Assembly (NCBI GenBank): GCA_963812135.1
Contig: CAWETU010000005.1
Coordinates: 128,001 to 192,000, forward strand
Reading direction: 5' to 3'
DNA: 64,000 bases
DNA from: Vulcanimicrobiota bacterium
GTDB lineage: Bacteria; Vulcanimicrobiota; Vulcanimicrobiia; Eremiobacterales; Eremiobacteraceae
The stretch's first letter is position 1; each line of letters begins with the position of its first letter. The notes beneath the pieces are model-generated. The model did not search any database, had not been told where the DNA came from, and was given only the letters and a program-made list of their open reading frames with translations. The position numbers and the translations under genes are program-made. This document shows positions 17,989-27,600 of this stretch, piece by piece.

Positions 17989-20795
17989 ACCTTCAGCTTT
18001 GCGATAAGCTCGGCGCGCGACGCCGCGCCCATCTTCGTCAGCACCGATGACACGTGCGTCTCGACGGTGCGCTCGCTCAGGACGAGCTGGTCGGCGATCG
18101 CTTTGTTCGTCTTGCCTTGTGCGAGCAGGTCGCAGATCTCGCGTTCGCGCGCGGTCAGCTCTCCCTTTGCGCGCCCGCGCTTGTTCACCGGGTTCACGAT
18201 CGCAGACGTGCGGCGCGCGTCGCGGTTCGCGCCGATCCGTTTGTAGAGCTCTAACGCTTGTTCGTGTTCACCGGCGATCTCGAGCGCGCGTGCCTCGTGG
18301 TGCGGCCACGACATCGCGTGGAACAGCGTGACGGCTTCGGCCGCGTGCGCGGCGGCGGCGGACGCATCGCCTGCTCGACTTGCTGCGAGCGCATCGAACA
18401 ACGCTAGGTTGGCCAGCGTCGAGCGCGGCGATTGGCCGGCACGCAGCGCGCCAGCGAGGAGCTTGCGAGCACGCGCCGCATCCTCGACCGCGCCGTGTGC
18501 GGCGACGGCGATGCACAGCTCGTCGGCATCGCCAAAACCTGGCGGGGCGCCGATGCGCTCGAGCGCCTCGATCGCGCTGTGCAGCAGCGAGGCGGCTTCC
18601 GCCGGTTTCCCACGCGCCAGATAGTGCTCCGCGAAAGCCGCGGTCGAGCCGATCATGATCGACGACCCCGACGCCAGGGCGAAGTCGAGCAGTTCGGGGC
18701 GCGCGCAGCGAGCGACCAACTCGTCATCTTCCATCAGTAGTCCGACGCGGATGCCGGCGTTGACCATGAACATCTGAAAACCGGGCGTTTCGACATTCGC
18801 GGCGAGCGCCTGCTTCACGAGATCGCGGGCCTGCGCGAGCTCACCAGTCACGCGCTTGGCGTGCGCCATCGCCACGAGGATCCACACCGCGGTCAGGCCG
18901 CCGATGCCCTTGTCGCGGATGATCTCACGCGCTCGCTCGAAGACTTGCGCGGCGAGATCGCTTTCGCCGGCTTGCACCATAGAGATGCCGAAACTGCCCC
19001 AACACCGCATCGCGTTGCGGAAGTCCCCGCCCTCGATCGCGAGATCGGCGGCGGCTTGCGTGTCCTCGAACGCCCGCGCGGGATTACCGAGACCTGCGTG
19101 GCTGCCGGCGCGCATGACGAGAAAGTTGATCCGCGTCTCGGTCGCGCGTGGACCGGTTGCCTGATCGGCGAGCGCCATGTGCCTCGACAGCTGCTGCGGA
19201 TCCCAGCGGAATTCAGTATAGAGCCGCATCATCTGCACGTGGGCGTCGAAGTAAACCGGATGCGCCGGATCGTCGTCGACGAGGTCAAGCGCACGCTGGG
19301 TGAAGGCGAACGCGTCTGCCGTGTGGCCGTACGCGCCGTGCATCCATGCCAGATCCAAACATGTCCTGGCTGCGCGTTCGCGGTCGCCGGCAGCTTCGTA
19401 GTATGCGAGCGCAGCGTCGGCCGCTCGCTTGGCCGGCTCTTCCAAGCCGCTCTGGTGGAACGCGCTCGCGAGCTTGAGGTTGAGCGCGGCGCGGTGAGCG
19501 TCGTCGCCGACGGTCGATGCGATAGCCCGCTCGAGGTTAGCAGCGGCGTCGCGGTACGCGAACACTTTTAGCGCGGCGTCGGCTGCCAGCTCATTGTAGC
19601 GCGCGGCACGCTCGCGCTCGTGAGCCTGCCACCAATGGTAGGCTAGCTCGGGGGTATGATCGCCTTCCGTGTGCGCTTCGAGCGCAGTGGCGATCTTCAT
19701 GTGGAGTTGACGCGCTTCGCTCGCGAGCAGTTCTTGATAGATCGCTTGGCGCGTGAGCTCGTGCTTGAATGCGAATTGCACGGAGCCATTGCTCTCTTCG
19801 ACGATCAGCGACAGTTCGATGGCGTGCTTGAGCGCCTGCGTGACCTCTTCCAAAGGAAGTCCGGCGATTTCGGCGAGGAAACCCGCCTCAAAGCGGCGCC
19901 CGATAATAGCCGCGTGCGAGATGGCGCGCCGTTCCGGCGGGTCGAGTGCCGCGAAGTGTTCGAGCACCGCTTCGCTGAGCGTCGTCGGCAAACTGCGCGG
20001 TTCGTCGTCGCCGCTCTCGATCACGGTCTTCAGCAACTCCTCGGCGAACAGCGGGTTGCCTTCCGCGCGCGCGCAGATCGCACCGATCGTCGTCTCCGAA
20101 AGTCGCGCTCGATCGGCCAGCGCGTGGAATACGAGCTCGTGCATCTCCGCGTCGCTAAGCGCCGGCAGTTCGATGCGCCGGACGCCGGCTTGGCGCGTCA
20201 GCTTGGCCGCGATCGAACGCAGCGTTTTCGCGCGCTTGAGCATATCGTTGCGATACGTCGCGATGACCAGCAGCCGAGCGCCGGCGAGGTTGGCCGCGAG
20301 ATGCTGGATGAGCTCGAGCGTCGCGCTATCAGCCCAGTGGATGTCTTCGATGACGACGACCGTCGGTTGCGCCGAGCCAAAACCGCGCAGCGCTTCGACC
20401 AGCGCGTTGAACTGCCGAAGCTTGTCGGTGACCGGCGCGGTGGCAGACGCACCAGGCGCATCGAGTTCGGGGATCAGATTGGCAAGGATCGCGCGAACCG
20501 ACGGTGCGGCTTTGAGTACCGCTGGGTCGACCTGCGCCAGCGACGAGAGCGCGGCGAGAAACGGCGCGAACGGCGATTGGACGTATTCGAGGCATTGGCC
20601 GACCGCGTAACGCGCTTCGGCTGACGGCAAATTCCCGCAGAACTCGAACGCCAGGCGGCTCTTGCCGGCTCCCGCGTCGCCGTGTAGGAGTATCAGGCTC
20701 CCCGATCCGGCCTTCGCGGCGTCATACGAGCGCTCGAGCAGCTCCAGCTGCGGCGCCCTCCCGACCAGCCTGTGCGCTTGCACGGAGTCTGCCAT
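17985..20795 (-). CDS. AAA-ATPase / helical-repeat / LuxR-HTH transcriptional regulator
   Basis: LVGR, Walker A GDAGAGKS, Walker B VIEDIHWAD, EGNPLF, C-terminal LTAREREI...GKTNKAIA...SERTVETHVSSVLTK. Confidence 0.92.
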   Translation of the reverse strand: MADSVQAHRLVGRAPQLELLERSYDAAKAGSGSLILLHGDAGAGKSRLAFEFCGNLPSAEARYAVGQCLEYVQSPFAPFLAALSSLAQVDPAVLKAAPSVRAILANLIPELDAPGASATAPVTDKLRQFNALVEALRGFGSAQPTVVVIEDIHWADSATLELIQHLAANLAGARLLVIATYRNDMLKRAKTLRSIAAKLTRQAGVRRIELPALSDAEMHELVFHALADRARLSETTIGAICARAEGNPLFAEELLKTVIESGDDEPRSLPTTLSEAVLEHFAALDPPERRAISHAAIIGRRFEAGFLAEIAGLPLEEVTQALKHAIELSLIVEESNGSVQFAFKHELTRQAIYQELLASEARQLHMKIATALEAHTEGDHTPELAYHWWQAHERERAARYNELAADAALKVFAYRDAAANLERAIASTVGDDAHRAALNLKLASAFHQSGLEEPAKRAADAALAYYEAAGDRERAARTCLDLAWMHGAYGHTADAFAFTQRALDLVDDDPAHPVYFDAHVQMMRLYTEFRWDPQQLSRHMALADQATGPRATETRINFLVMRAGSHAGLGNPARAFEDTQAAADLAIEGGDFRNAMRCWGSFGISMVQAGESDLAAQVFERAREIIRDKGIGGLTAVWILVAMAHAKRVTGELAQARDLVKQALAANVETPGFQMFMVNAGIRVGLLMEDDELVARCARPELLDFALASGSSIMIGSTAAFAEHYLARGKPAEAASLLHSAIEALERIGAPPGFGDADELCIAVAAHGAVEDAARARKLLAGALRAGQSPRSTLANLALFDALAASRAGDASAAAAHAAEAVTLFHAMSWPHHEARALEIAGEHEQALELYKRIGANRDARRTSAIVNPVNKRGRAKGELTAREREICDLLAQGKTNKAIADQLVLSERTVETHVSSVLTKMGAASRAELIAKLKV

Positions 20796-20824
20796 CCATC
20801 GCCCCCGTGTGCGCGGTTCGCTCT

Positions 20825-21622
20825 CTACGACACCTCTTCCCCGACTGCCGGCTCGGGTTTGGGAGGGATGAACAGCGTCGAGCCGGTGGTGATATCGGCC
20901 TGCTCGAGCGCCGACAGCGTCGTGCGTTCGACGGTCGGAGCGAAGCCCGAGTATTGCGACGCCTCGTAGACGATCGCCGGATGCCCCGCGCCGTAGCGCG
21001 CGCTCAAGTGCTTCGCGAGACGCGCGACGCCTTCTCGGCCGTACTCCATCTTGAAACTTGGATCGCCGGTGACCGCGACTTGCAGCAGCACGAGCGGCGC
21101 CGTCGTGCTGAATGCCCGATCGTTGAGCAGCAGATCGGATGCGTCGAAGATCTGCAGTCCGTCAGTGGCCGGATCGATGTCAAGATCAGCGAGCAGACAG
21201 TCGATCGACGACACTGCCGGCAAGAGCGCGGCGGAATACCCCTCCGCGCGCGCGCGGTCGAGCGCCGTGTGCATCGGATATGCGAAGATCCCAGGATGAC
21301 CGTAGGCGACGACGCACACCTTGGCGCCGCCGCGGACGTATGTCAAGATGCGCGCGACCATCGCTTCGTACGTGTCGATCCGGGGCTTCGCGACGTCGTA
21401 AAGCTCGCCAAGCGATTCGCTGTTCGGATTCAACTCGACGACGCTTCGCGCCGCAACAGCGTCGCCCACCAAGAACAGCACTTTGTCGGCGCACTCTATG
21501 TGCCAGCGCGCAGCAGGCGTGAGATCGCGTCCGACGTCGATGCCTGCGCCGACGATCGTAAGATCCGGCAGAGGCGGCGTGGACCAGGCTATTAGCTCGT
21601 CCCGCCGGTGCCCGGTGGCCAC
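20825..21622 (-). CDS. Borosin-type peptide alpha-N-methyltransferase (OphMA/SonM family, TP_methylase fold); start uncertain
   Basis: LTIVGAGI, ADKVLFLVGD, LY..AKPRIDTYEAM, YGHPGIF, LPAVSSIDCLLADLDIDP, LLQV; no fused core peptide. Confidence 0.88.
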   Translation of the reverse strand: MATGHRRDELIAWSTPPLPDLTIVGAGIDVGRDLTPAARWHIECADKVLFLVGDAVAARSVVELNPNSESLGELYDVAKPRIDTYEAMVARILTYVRGGAKVCVVAYGHPGIFAYPMHTALDRARAEGYSAALLPAVSSIDCLLADLDIDPATDGLQIFDASDLLLNDRAFSTTAPLVLLQVAVTGDPSFKMEYGREGVARLAKHLSARYGAGHPAIVYEASQYSGFAPTVERTTLSALEQADITTGSTLFIPPKPEPAVGEEVS

Positions 21623-21852
21623 GGCCGCGGCGGACCGTACGTGAACGGATGCATTTCGGGTGTCTTAGATTCGTGATGTTCCTTTTTGACGTGCTCTTCG
21701 ATATCTTTGACCGATCCCCACAGGAAGGCTCTGATCTGCAATTCGCTGAGCCCGTACCCCTCGAACAGTTCGAGCACTTCTCTATAGAGGCGCTCCGAGA
21801 ACTCTTTGTGTTTGGTCTTGTTGAGAAAGTCGGTGAAAGGTGTTTTGCTCAC
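21592..21852 (-). CDS. Putative split-borosin precursor peptide (86 aa; binding domain plus C-terminal core)
   Basis: AAAGGAG RBS (21860-21866) then GTG at 21852; FTDFL...YGLSELQIRAFLWG helical pattern resembles SonA; tail HHESKTPEMHPFTYGPPRPWPPGTGGTS. Confidence 0.8.
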   Translation of the reverse strand: MSKTPFTDFLNKTKHKEFSERLYREVLELFEGYGLSELQIRAFLWGSVKDIEEHVKKEHHESKTPEMHPFTYGPPRPWPPGTGGTS

Positions 21853-21991
21853 CGGAGAACTCCTTTGCCGAAAAAGCAAAATCGACGACGCTTGAGAGCT
21901 CTGCGTTGGATTAGGTGCCCGGCGTTCCCCGATTTTTTGAAATGCCCTCCAAGGGCAAGAGTGGCCTTTCCGCTCAGCGAAACCGCGCCGG

Positions 21992-24025
21992 GTGAAGACG
22001 TCGGATTTCGTTATTGTCCTCGTCGCGACGCTTGTGTTGACTGCGCATCCGCGAGCCGCAACAAGCGCGGGCGCTCCGCTCGACCTTTCCACCCTGCGCA
22101 CCTACGTGGAAATTCCAAGCCTCGCGATCTCGCCGGGCGGCAGCCGCGTCGCCGCCGTCATCCAGCGTCAGAATTTCGCGACGAACAAATATGACGAGCG
22201 CATCGAGGTCATCGATTGCGTGACCCGCTCGCGCGTGACCGTAACGCCGACGAGCCACGCCATGTCCTCGCCGGCGTGGTCCCCCGACGGCACCTCTATC
22301 GCGTACATCGCCGATGCGACGGACGGCACCTCGCAAGTATTCGCGGTCCCCGCCGGCGGCGGTACGCCGCGCCGGCTGACGCACGCTCCGCGCGGCGTTG
22401 ACTCGTTCGCGTGGCGGCCGGACGGCATGGCGATCGCATTCGTCACAACCGACGCAGCGCCGAACGCGAAAGCGATCGCATCCGGCCTCGACGCATTCGA
22501 AGCCGGCGATCAAGATTACATGAGCAGCGCGAAGCCCACACCCGCGCATCTGTGGCTGCAAACCATCGCCGGGGGCTCACCGAAGCGGCTTACGGCCGGG
22601 CAGCACAGCCTGCCGATCGGTGAGCTGATCTTTCCGTTGCCAGAGGTCGCTCCGATGCCGTTCTTCGCCTGGGCACCGGACGGCAAGTCGATCGTCTTCG
22701 CGCGCATGGACAACGCATATAACTCTGACGCGGTCGGCACTGTGACGATGGTGCTCGACGTGGCGACGGGCGCCATGCGCAAGCTCACGAGCCACACGCG
22801 GCTCGAAGCAGGCGGCCTCTATTCGCCCGACGGCATGCGCATCGCGTACGCGTACGCACGCGGCGACGATCCGATGGCACAAGTGGTCATGATGATCGCG
22901 CCTGCGAGCGGCGGCGACGGCATCGCCGCCACGCAATCGCTGGACGTCGACGCGCTCGGCGCTCGCTGGTTGAGCGGCCACCGGTTGCTGGTCAACGCGT
23001 TCCAAGGTGCGCGCTCGCGGCTATTCATCGCGGGCGAGCATGGCGACACGTCGCGCGTCGACACGGGGGCGGTCGATCCTGTGCCCGGCACACTCGACGC
23101 GACGGGGTCGGGCCACATCGCGTTCGTCGGTTCGGAACCAGAGCGCGCGACCGAAGTCTACACGATGTCGTCGCCGTTCTCGGCGCCCGTCCGCCTCACC
23201 GACTACAACGCGCCGATCAATGCCCGCGCGCGCAGCAAAGTGCAAGCCATCACGTGGAAAGGCCCGAACGGTTTCTCAGAGAGCGGCGCGCTTTTCTACC
23301 CGCCCGATTTCGATTCGGCCAAGAAGTACCCGCTTGTGCTGCAGATCCACGGCGGTCCGACCGAGTCGACGATCGCCAGCTGGCGTGACACCGACTGGCC
23401 CGGCCTGCCGCAGTACATCGCCGCGCACGGCTATCTCGTGTTCTCGCCCAACTATCGCGGGAGCGACGGCCAAGGCAACGCTTATCAGATCGCGATCTTC
23501 AACGACGCAGGCGACGGCCCCGGACGCGACGTCATGGCGGGCATCGACGCAGTGAAGCGCCTCGGCAATGTGGACGAGACGCGCATGGCGGTGACCGGTT
23601 GGTCGTATGGCGGTTATATGACCGAGTGGATGATCACGCATTACGATGTCTGGAAAGCGGCGATGGCAGGCGCTGCACCCGCCGACGCGTTTGTCGACTA
23701 CTCGACGTCGGACTACAATGTGCTCGGGCGGCTGTATTTCGGCGGCGCGCCGTACGACTCGCCGGCGTTACTGCAAGCGTATCGCGATCAATCGCCGCTG
23801 TCGTACGTCGGCCAGGTCAAGGCGGCGACGCTGCTCATGCACGACTCGGGCGACGTGCGCGTGCCGGTCGTGCATTCGTACGAGTTCTATCAGGGACTCA
23901 AGGCACATCACGTCACGGCATCCTTTGTGGTCTATCCGGTCAGCGGGCATTACCCGGCAGACCCACTGCGCTCGGAGGATATTTACCGACGATGGGTCGC
24001 CTGGCTCGATCGATACTTGAAGTGA
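21992..24025 (+). CDS. Secreted S9-family peptidase (acylaminoacyl/dipeptidyl aminopeptidase-like) with PD40 beta-propeller
   Basis: Signal peptide; WSPDG repeats; IHGGP, PNYRGS, GWSYGG, GDVRV, GH catalytic triad. Confidence 0.92.
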   Translation: MKTSDFVIVLVATLVLTAHPRAATSAGAPLDLSTLRTYVEIPSLAISPGGSRVAAVIQRQNFATNKYDERIEVIDCVTRSRVTVTPTSHAMSSPAWSPDGTSIAYIADATDGTSQVFAVPAGGGTPRRLTHAPRGVDSFAWRPDGMAIAFVTTDAAPNAKAIASGLDAFEAGDQDYMSSAKPTPAHLWLQTIAGGSPKRLTAGQHSLPIGELIFPLPEVAPMPFFAWAPDGKSIVFARMDNAYNSDAVGTVTMVLDVATGAMRKLTSHTRLEAGGLYSPDGMRIAYAYARGDDPMAQVVMMIAPASGGDGIAATQSLDVDALGARWLSGHRLLVNAFQGARSRLFIAGEHGDTSRVDTGAVDPVPGTLDATGSGHIAFVGSEPERATEVYTMSSPFSAPVRLTDYNAPINARARSKVQAITWKGPNGFSESGALFYPPDFDSAKKYPLVLQIHGGPTESTIASWRDTDWPGLPQYIAAHGYLVFSPNYRGSDGQGNAYQIAIFNDAGDGPGRDVMAGIDAVKRLGNVDETRMAVTGWSYGGYMTEWMITHYDVWKAAMAGAAPADAFVDYSTSDYNVLGRLYFGGAPYDSPALLQAYRDQSPLSYVGQVKAATLLMHDSGDVRVPVVHSYEFYQGLKAHHVTASFVVYPVSGHYPADPLRSEDIYRRWVAWLDRYLK

Positions 24026-24032
24026 GCGCACG

Positions 24033-24596
24033 ATGGCACTGACAACGCTCGATCCGAAGACCGCGCTCATCGTCATCGATCTGCAAAAAGGCGTCGTCGC
24101 TCTTCCCACAGAGCAGCCGACCGCTGAGGTGATCAAACGCACGAGCCGGCTGGCCGAAGCGTTCCGCCGCCATCGCCTTCCGGTCGTGCTCGTCCATGTC
24201 GTCGGCGGTGCACCGGGCCGCGCAGATCAGACCCGCAGCATCACCGACCGGCCGTCAGACTGGGCGGACATCGTTCCGGAGCTGAACCAACAACCCTCAG
24301 ATCATGTGGTGACGAAGCGGACGTGGGGCGCGTTCACGGATACAGACCTTGAAGCATATCTAATGAGACTTGGCGTGACGCAAGTGGTCCTCGCCGGCAT
24401 CTCCACCAGCGCCGGCGTCGAGTCGACGGCGCGCAACGCGCACGAGTTGGGGTTCAACGTCACGTTCGCAGTCGACGCGATGACCGACACGAATCCCGAC
24501 GCTCACGCCAATAGCGTCACGCGGATCTTCCCGAGGATCGGCGAAACCGGCACGACCCAGGAGATCATCGATCTCCTCGGCCGCACGCACGGTTGA
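24033..24596 (+). CDS. Isochorismatase-family hydrolase
   Basis: ALIVIDLQKG, KRTWGAF, GISTSAGVESTAR. Confidence 0.9.
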   Translation: MALTTLDPKTALIVIDLQKGVVALPTEQPTAEVIKRTSRLAEAFRRHRLPVVLVHVVGGAPGRADQTRSITDRPSDWADIVPELNQQPSDHVVTKRTWGAFTDTDLEAYLMRLGVTQVVLAGISTSAGVESTARNAHELGFNVTFAVDAMTDTNPDAHANSVTRIFPRIGETGTTQEIIDLLGRTHG

Positions 24597-24611
24597 GGCC
24601 AGGCTCTCGCG

Positions 24612-27600
24612 CTAGTACTTCATGCTGATGAAGAACGTGAATTGGCGCGGCGGTCCGAACGCCTCGTTCTCATACGGGTGTGGGCCGTAGTTGTTCTGGA
24701 ATGGCTCGCACGCGAACGCGTTGACCACACCGGGTGGGCAGGCATTGGTGTTGACGCCTGAGCTTGGACCGTAGCCGCCAAGACCGTTCGGCACGTAGTA
24801 CGGGTTGCTACCCCCCGACGAAAGCCCCGATCCGAGGGTCGGCGGCGCTGTATAGTTACCCGTCAGGTTGAACACGCGGACGCCCACGGTGAAATTATTA
24901 GGCCCGTGACCAAGGTCTTGCGACACGCTCATGTTCACGAGCAGCACCGGCGGGCTGCGCAGCGATCCCGGGTCGTCGCCTTCGGGCGTGCCGCGCGACG
25001 CGACGATGTTGGGCGCGAGCATCGTGCCCGGGTTCGCGGGGTCTGTGAAATAGTATGCCTGTTGTGAGGTGGTCGCGGCGAGGTCCGTGTTCAGCACCTG
25101 ATATGGGATCGTCGCGGTCGGGTCGCCAGTGCAGGTCGGCACCTGGCCGCACGTGACGAAGACGAACGTCTTCTTGCCGACGCCATACGGGTAACCGTCG
25201 TTGAACGGCATGTCGACCGACGCGTGGAATCCCTGGCGCGAATCATAGGCGAGGATCAGATTCGCGGTGAGCGGCGACACGTACGACACATGGAAGAGAT
25301 GCCCCGCGGCCAGCGCCGCGTTGTTGACGCTTGGGAAGAAGTCGCTGTTGTAATTTGCAAGCGTGTTGTCGTACGTCGCGTTGAAGAAGCCCGAGAAACC
25401 GAACGTGGCCTGTTTTTGGATCGCGAACTCGACGCCCGTGTTCGAGTTGATGCCCGCGTTGATCGACCGCAACGGCCCGAACACCGGCGTACCGCTCGGG
25501 AGATTGAACAAGAAGTTGGAGTTGGTCACGACGTAGTTCGTGCCGCGCCGGTAATAGGGTGTGATCTTCAGGTCGAGGCCACGCCCGAAGTCATGTTCGT
25601 ACGAGAAATCGTAGTTGATCGCGTGCTGCGGGGTCACAGGAGTGAACGATTGAAAATTGTTCGTGTTGAGGTCTGCGAGCACTTGTTGGTAGAGGTTTGA
25701 GAAACTGTTGCAGTTGGCGTTCGCGTTCGCCGGATCGACGCCGTTCACGCAGGTCGGGCTGTACCCCGGCAGGGGGACGAAACAGCCGCTCGCAATCGTG
25801 CAGTTCTTCAGCGATGGATCGAGGCGGTATGAGTCTTGCACCGCCGAGAGCGGCACGAACTCGATGTTCGTGCCATACGACGCGCGCACGACGTCGCGCG
25901 CGGTGAGCTGGAACGCCACGGCGATGCGCGGGCTCAGCTGCGACGGCCGCGTCACGTCCGAACCGAGCGCTTGCCCAGGCAGCTCTACGATGTTTCCCGC
26001 GTCATCGGTGAAATAGCTGACGTTCTGCGCCACCGCATCTGCCGGCAGGCCGATGACCTCCAGGTCGTAGCGCAAACCGTACGTCACCGTCAGTTTGTCG
26101 TTGGGCTGCCAACGATCTTTCACGTAGACGTCGTAACGATGGATCGGCGAATCCGAGTACGATGTACTATCGGGGTAGGTGTTGAGCGGCGCGTTGGGGC
26201 CGCTCGTGGGCAGCGTCGTGCCGAGCAGGTTGTTCAGCTGCGCGTTGAGCGGGCCGATGTAACAGCCACCCACGCCGGATCCGGGATTGGACGTGGCCAG
26301 CAGTTGCGGGCAGCCGATGCCTTCGAGCGGCTCGACGATCGAGGCGAAGCTCGGAAACGCGGCCTTGAACAGACTTGAATAATACGTGTCGGTCGCGCCG
26401 AATCCGATTTCGTGGTGACTGCTGATCTGATTGTCGTAGTCGAACTGCACCCCTAGCCCGACCGTGTTCAGGTCTTGATACGTGTCGGTGAAGGATCCGA
26501 AATCGTACGGGTACGACGAGATCAGATTCTCGCTCGTGCGGAAGAGCGTCAGATCGCCGAAGCTCGACGGGCTGAACTGGCGCTTGTAGTTGAGTTTGTC
26601 GATCGTCGAGTTGAAGGTCTGTGTGTCGACGGAATTGATGAACTGGTTGACACTCGCTTGACCCGGAAACAGCGGATCGAACGTGCTCAGGGAGAGGCAC
26701 GGCGTCGGATCGCACGGGAAGCCAAGATCGTTCGTCCCAGCCTGGACATTCCCGTTGAGCGATGCATAGGGAGCCTGTGCCGGATTGATGAGCGTCTCAA
26801 ATCCCAACGTCGAGCCGCTGAGGTTGCTCAAGACCTGAATCTCGTTGCGGTTGTCGCTGCCCCAGCGATAAAAGAAATTGCCGATGATGTCGTTGAGCGT
26901 CGCGTTGTTCTGGAATCCGAGCGTGAGCGGCAACAACGTATTGGTGTCGCCATAATCAGTCGCGCCCCGTTGGCCGCCAAACGACAGATAGTAGCTGAAG
27001 CGGTTGTCGGGAGTTCCGCTGCCGTAGTCCATCGAGATCTCGTGGTCGTACTGGTGCCAGCCGAGGCGGAAGGTGGCCTGCCCTGCGCCCGGATACGAGC
27101 CGCGCTTGACGACTTCGTTGATGACGCCCGAGTTGGTGTTGCCGGTCGCGACGTCATAGCCACCGGTCGCCAACTGCACGCTGCGCGCACCGTTGAGGGT
27201 GGCAGCGTTGAGGAATTGGCCGGTGACCGGATCGGTGTTGTCGATGCCGTCGAGCTGATAGCCAAGATCGTTCTCCGCGCCCGCGCGGATCACCGGATAG
27301 CCGGCGTAGTCGGTCGTCACGCCCGGCAGCGAATTGAAGGCCTGGAACCCGTTGAGATCCTGCGGAGTACCGTTGATATCTTGCAGCGTCCGCTGGTTCA
27401 CCGTATAGCTGCTGGCTGTCGTCGCGGGTTGGACCAGCGACTGCGCGCTGCGTACGGTCACGGTGCCGAGCGATCTCGGCCCTGTCTGCAGCACGACATC
27501 GATGCGTCGCGGCTGATCTTGGGTCACGGTGACGCCCGGAACCGAGTTGGTCTGGTAACCCGCCTTGGTGAACGTTATGATGTAGGTGTCGAGCGGCAGG

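Noticed and set aside
20825..21622. Annotation as a cobalamin/siroheme tetrapyrrole methylase or RsmI
   Set aside because: It has G.GI and YGHPG rather than G.GPG and GDP, carries the borosin Y..R..Y segment, has no cob/cbi neighbours and sits beside a precursor-like peptide.
21592..21852. LigA aromatic ring-cleavage dioxygenase alpha subunit
   Set aside because: The fold is related, but no LigB partner is nearby; the partner is a borosin-type methyltransferase and the peptide has an unstructured tail.
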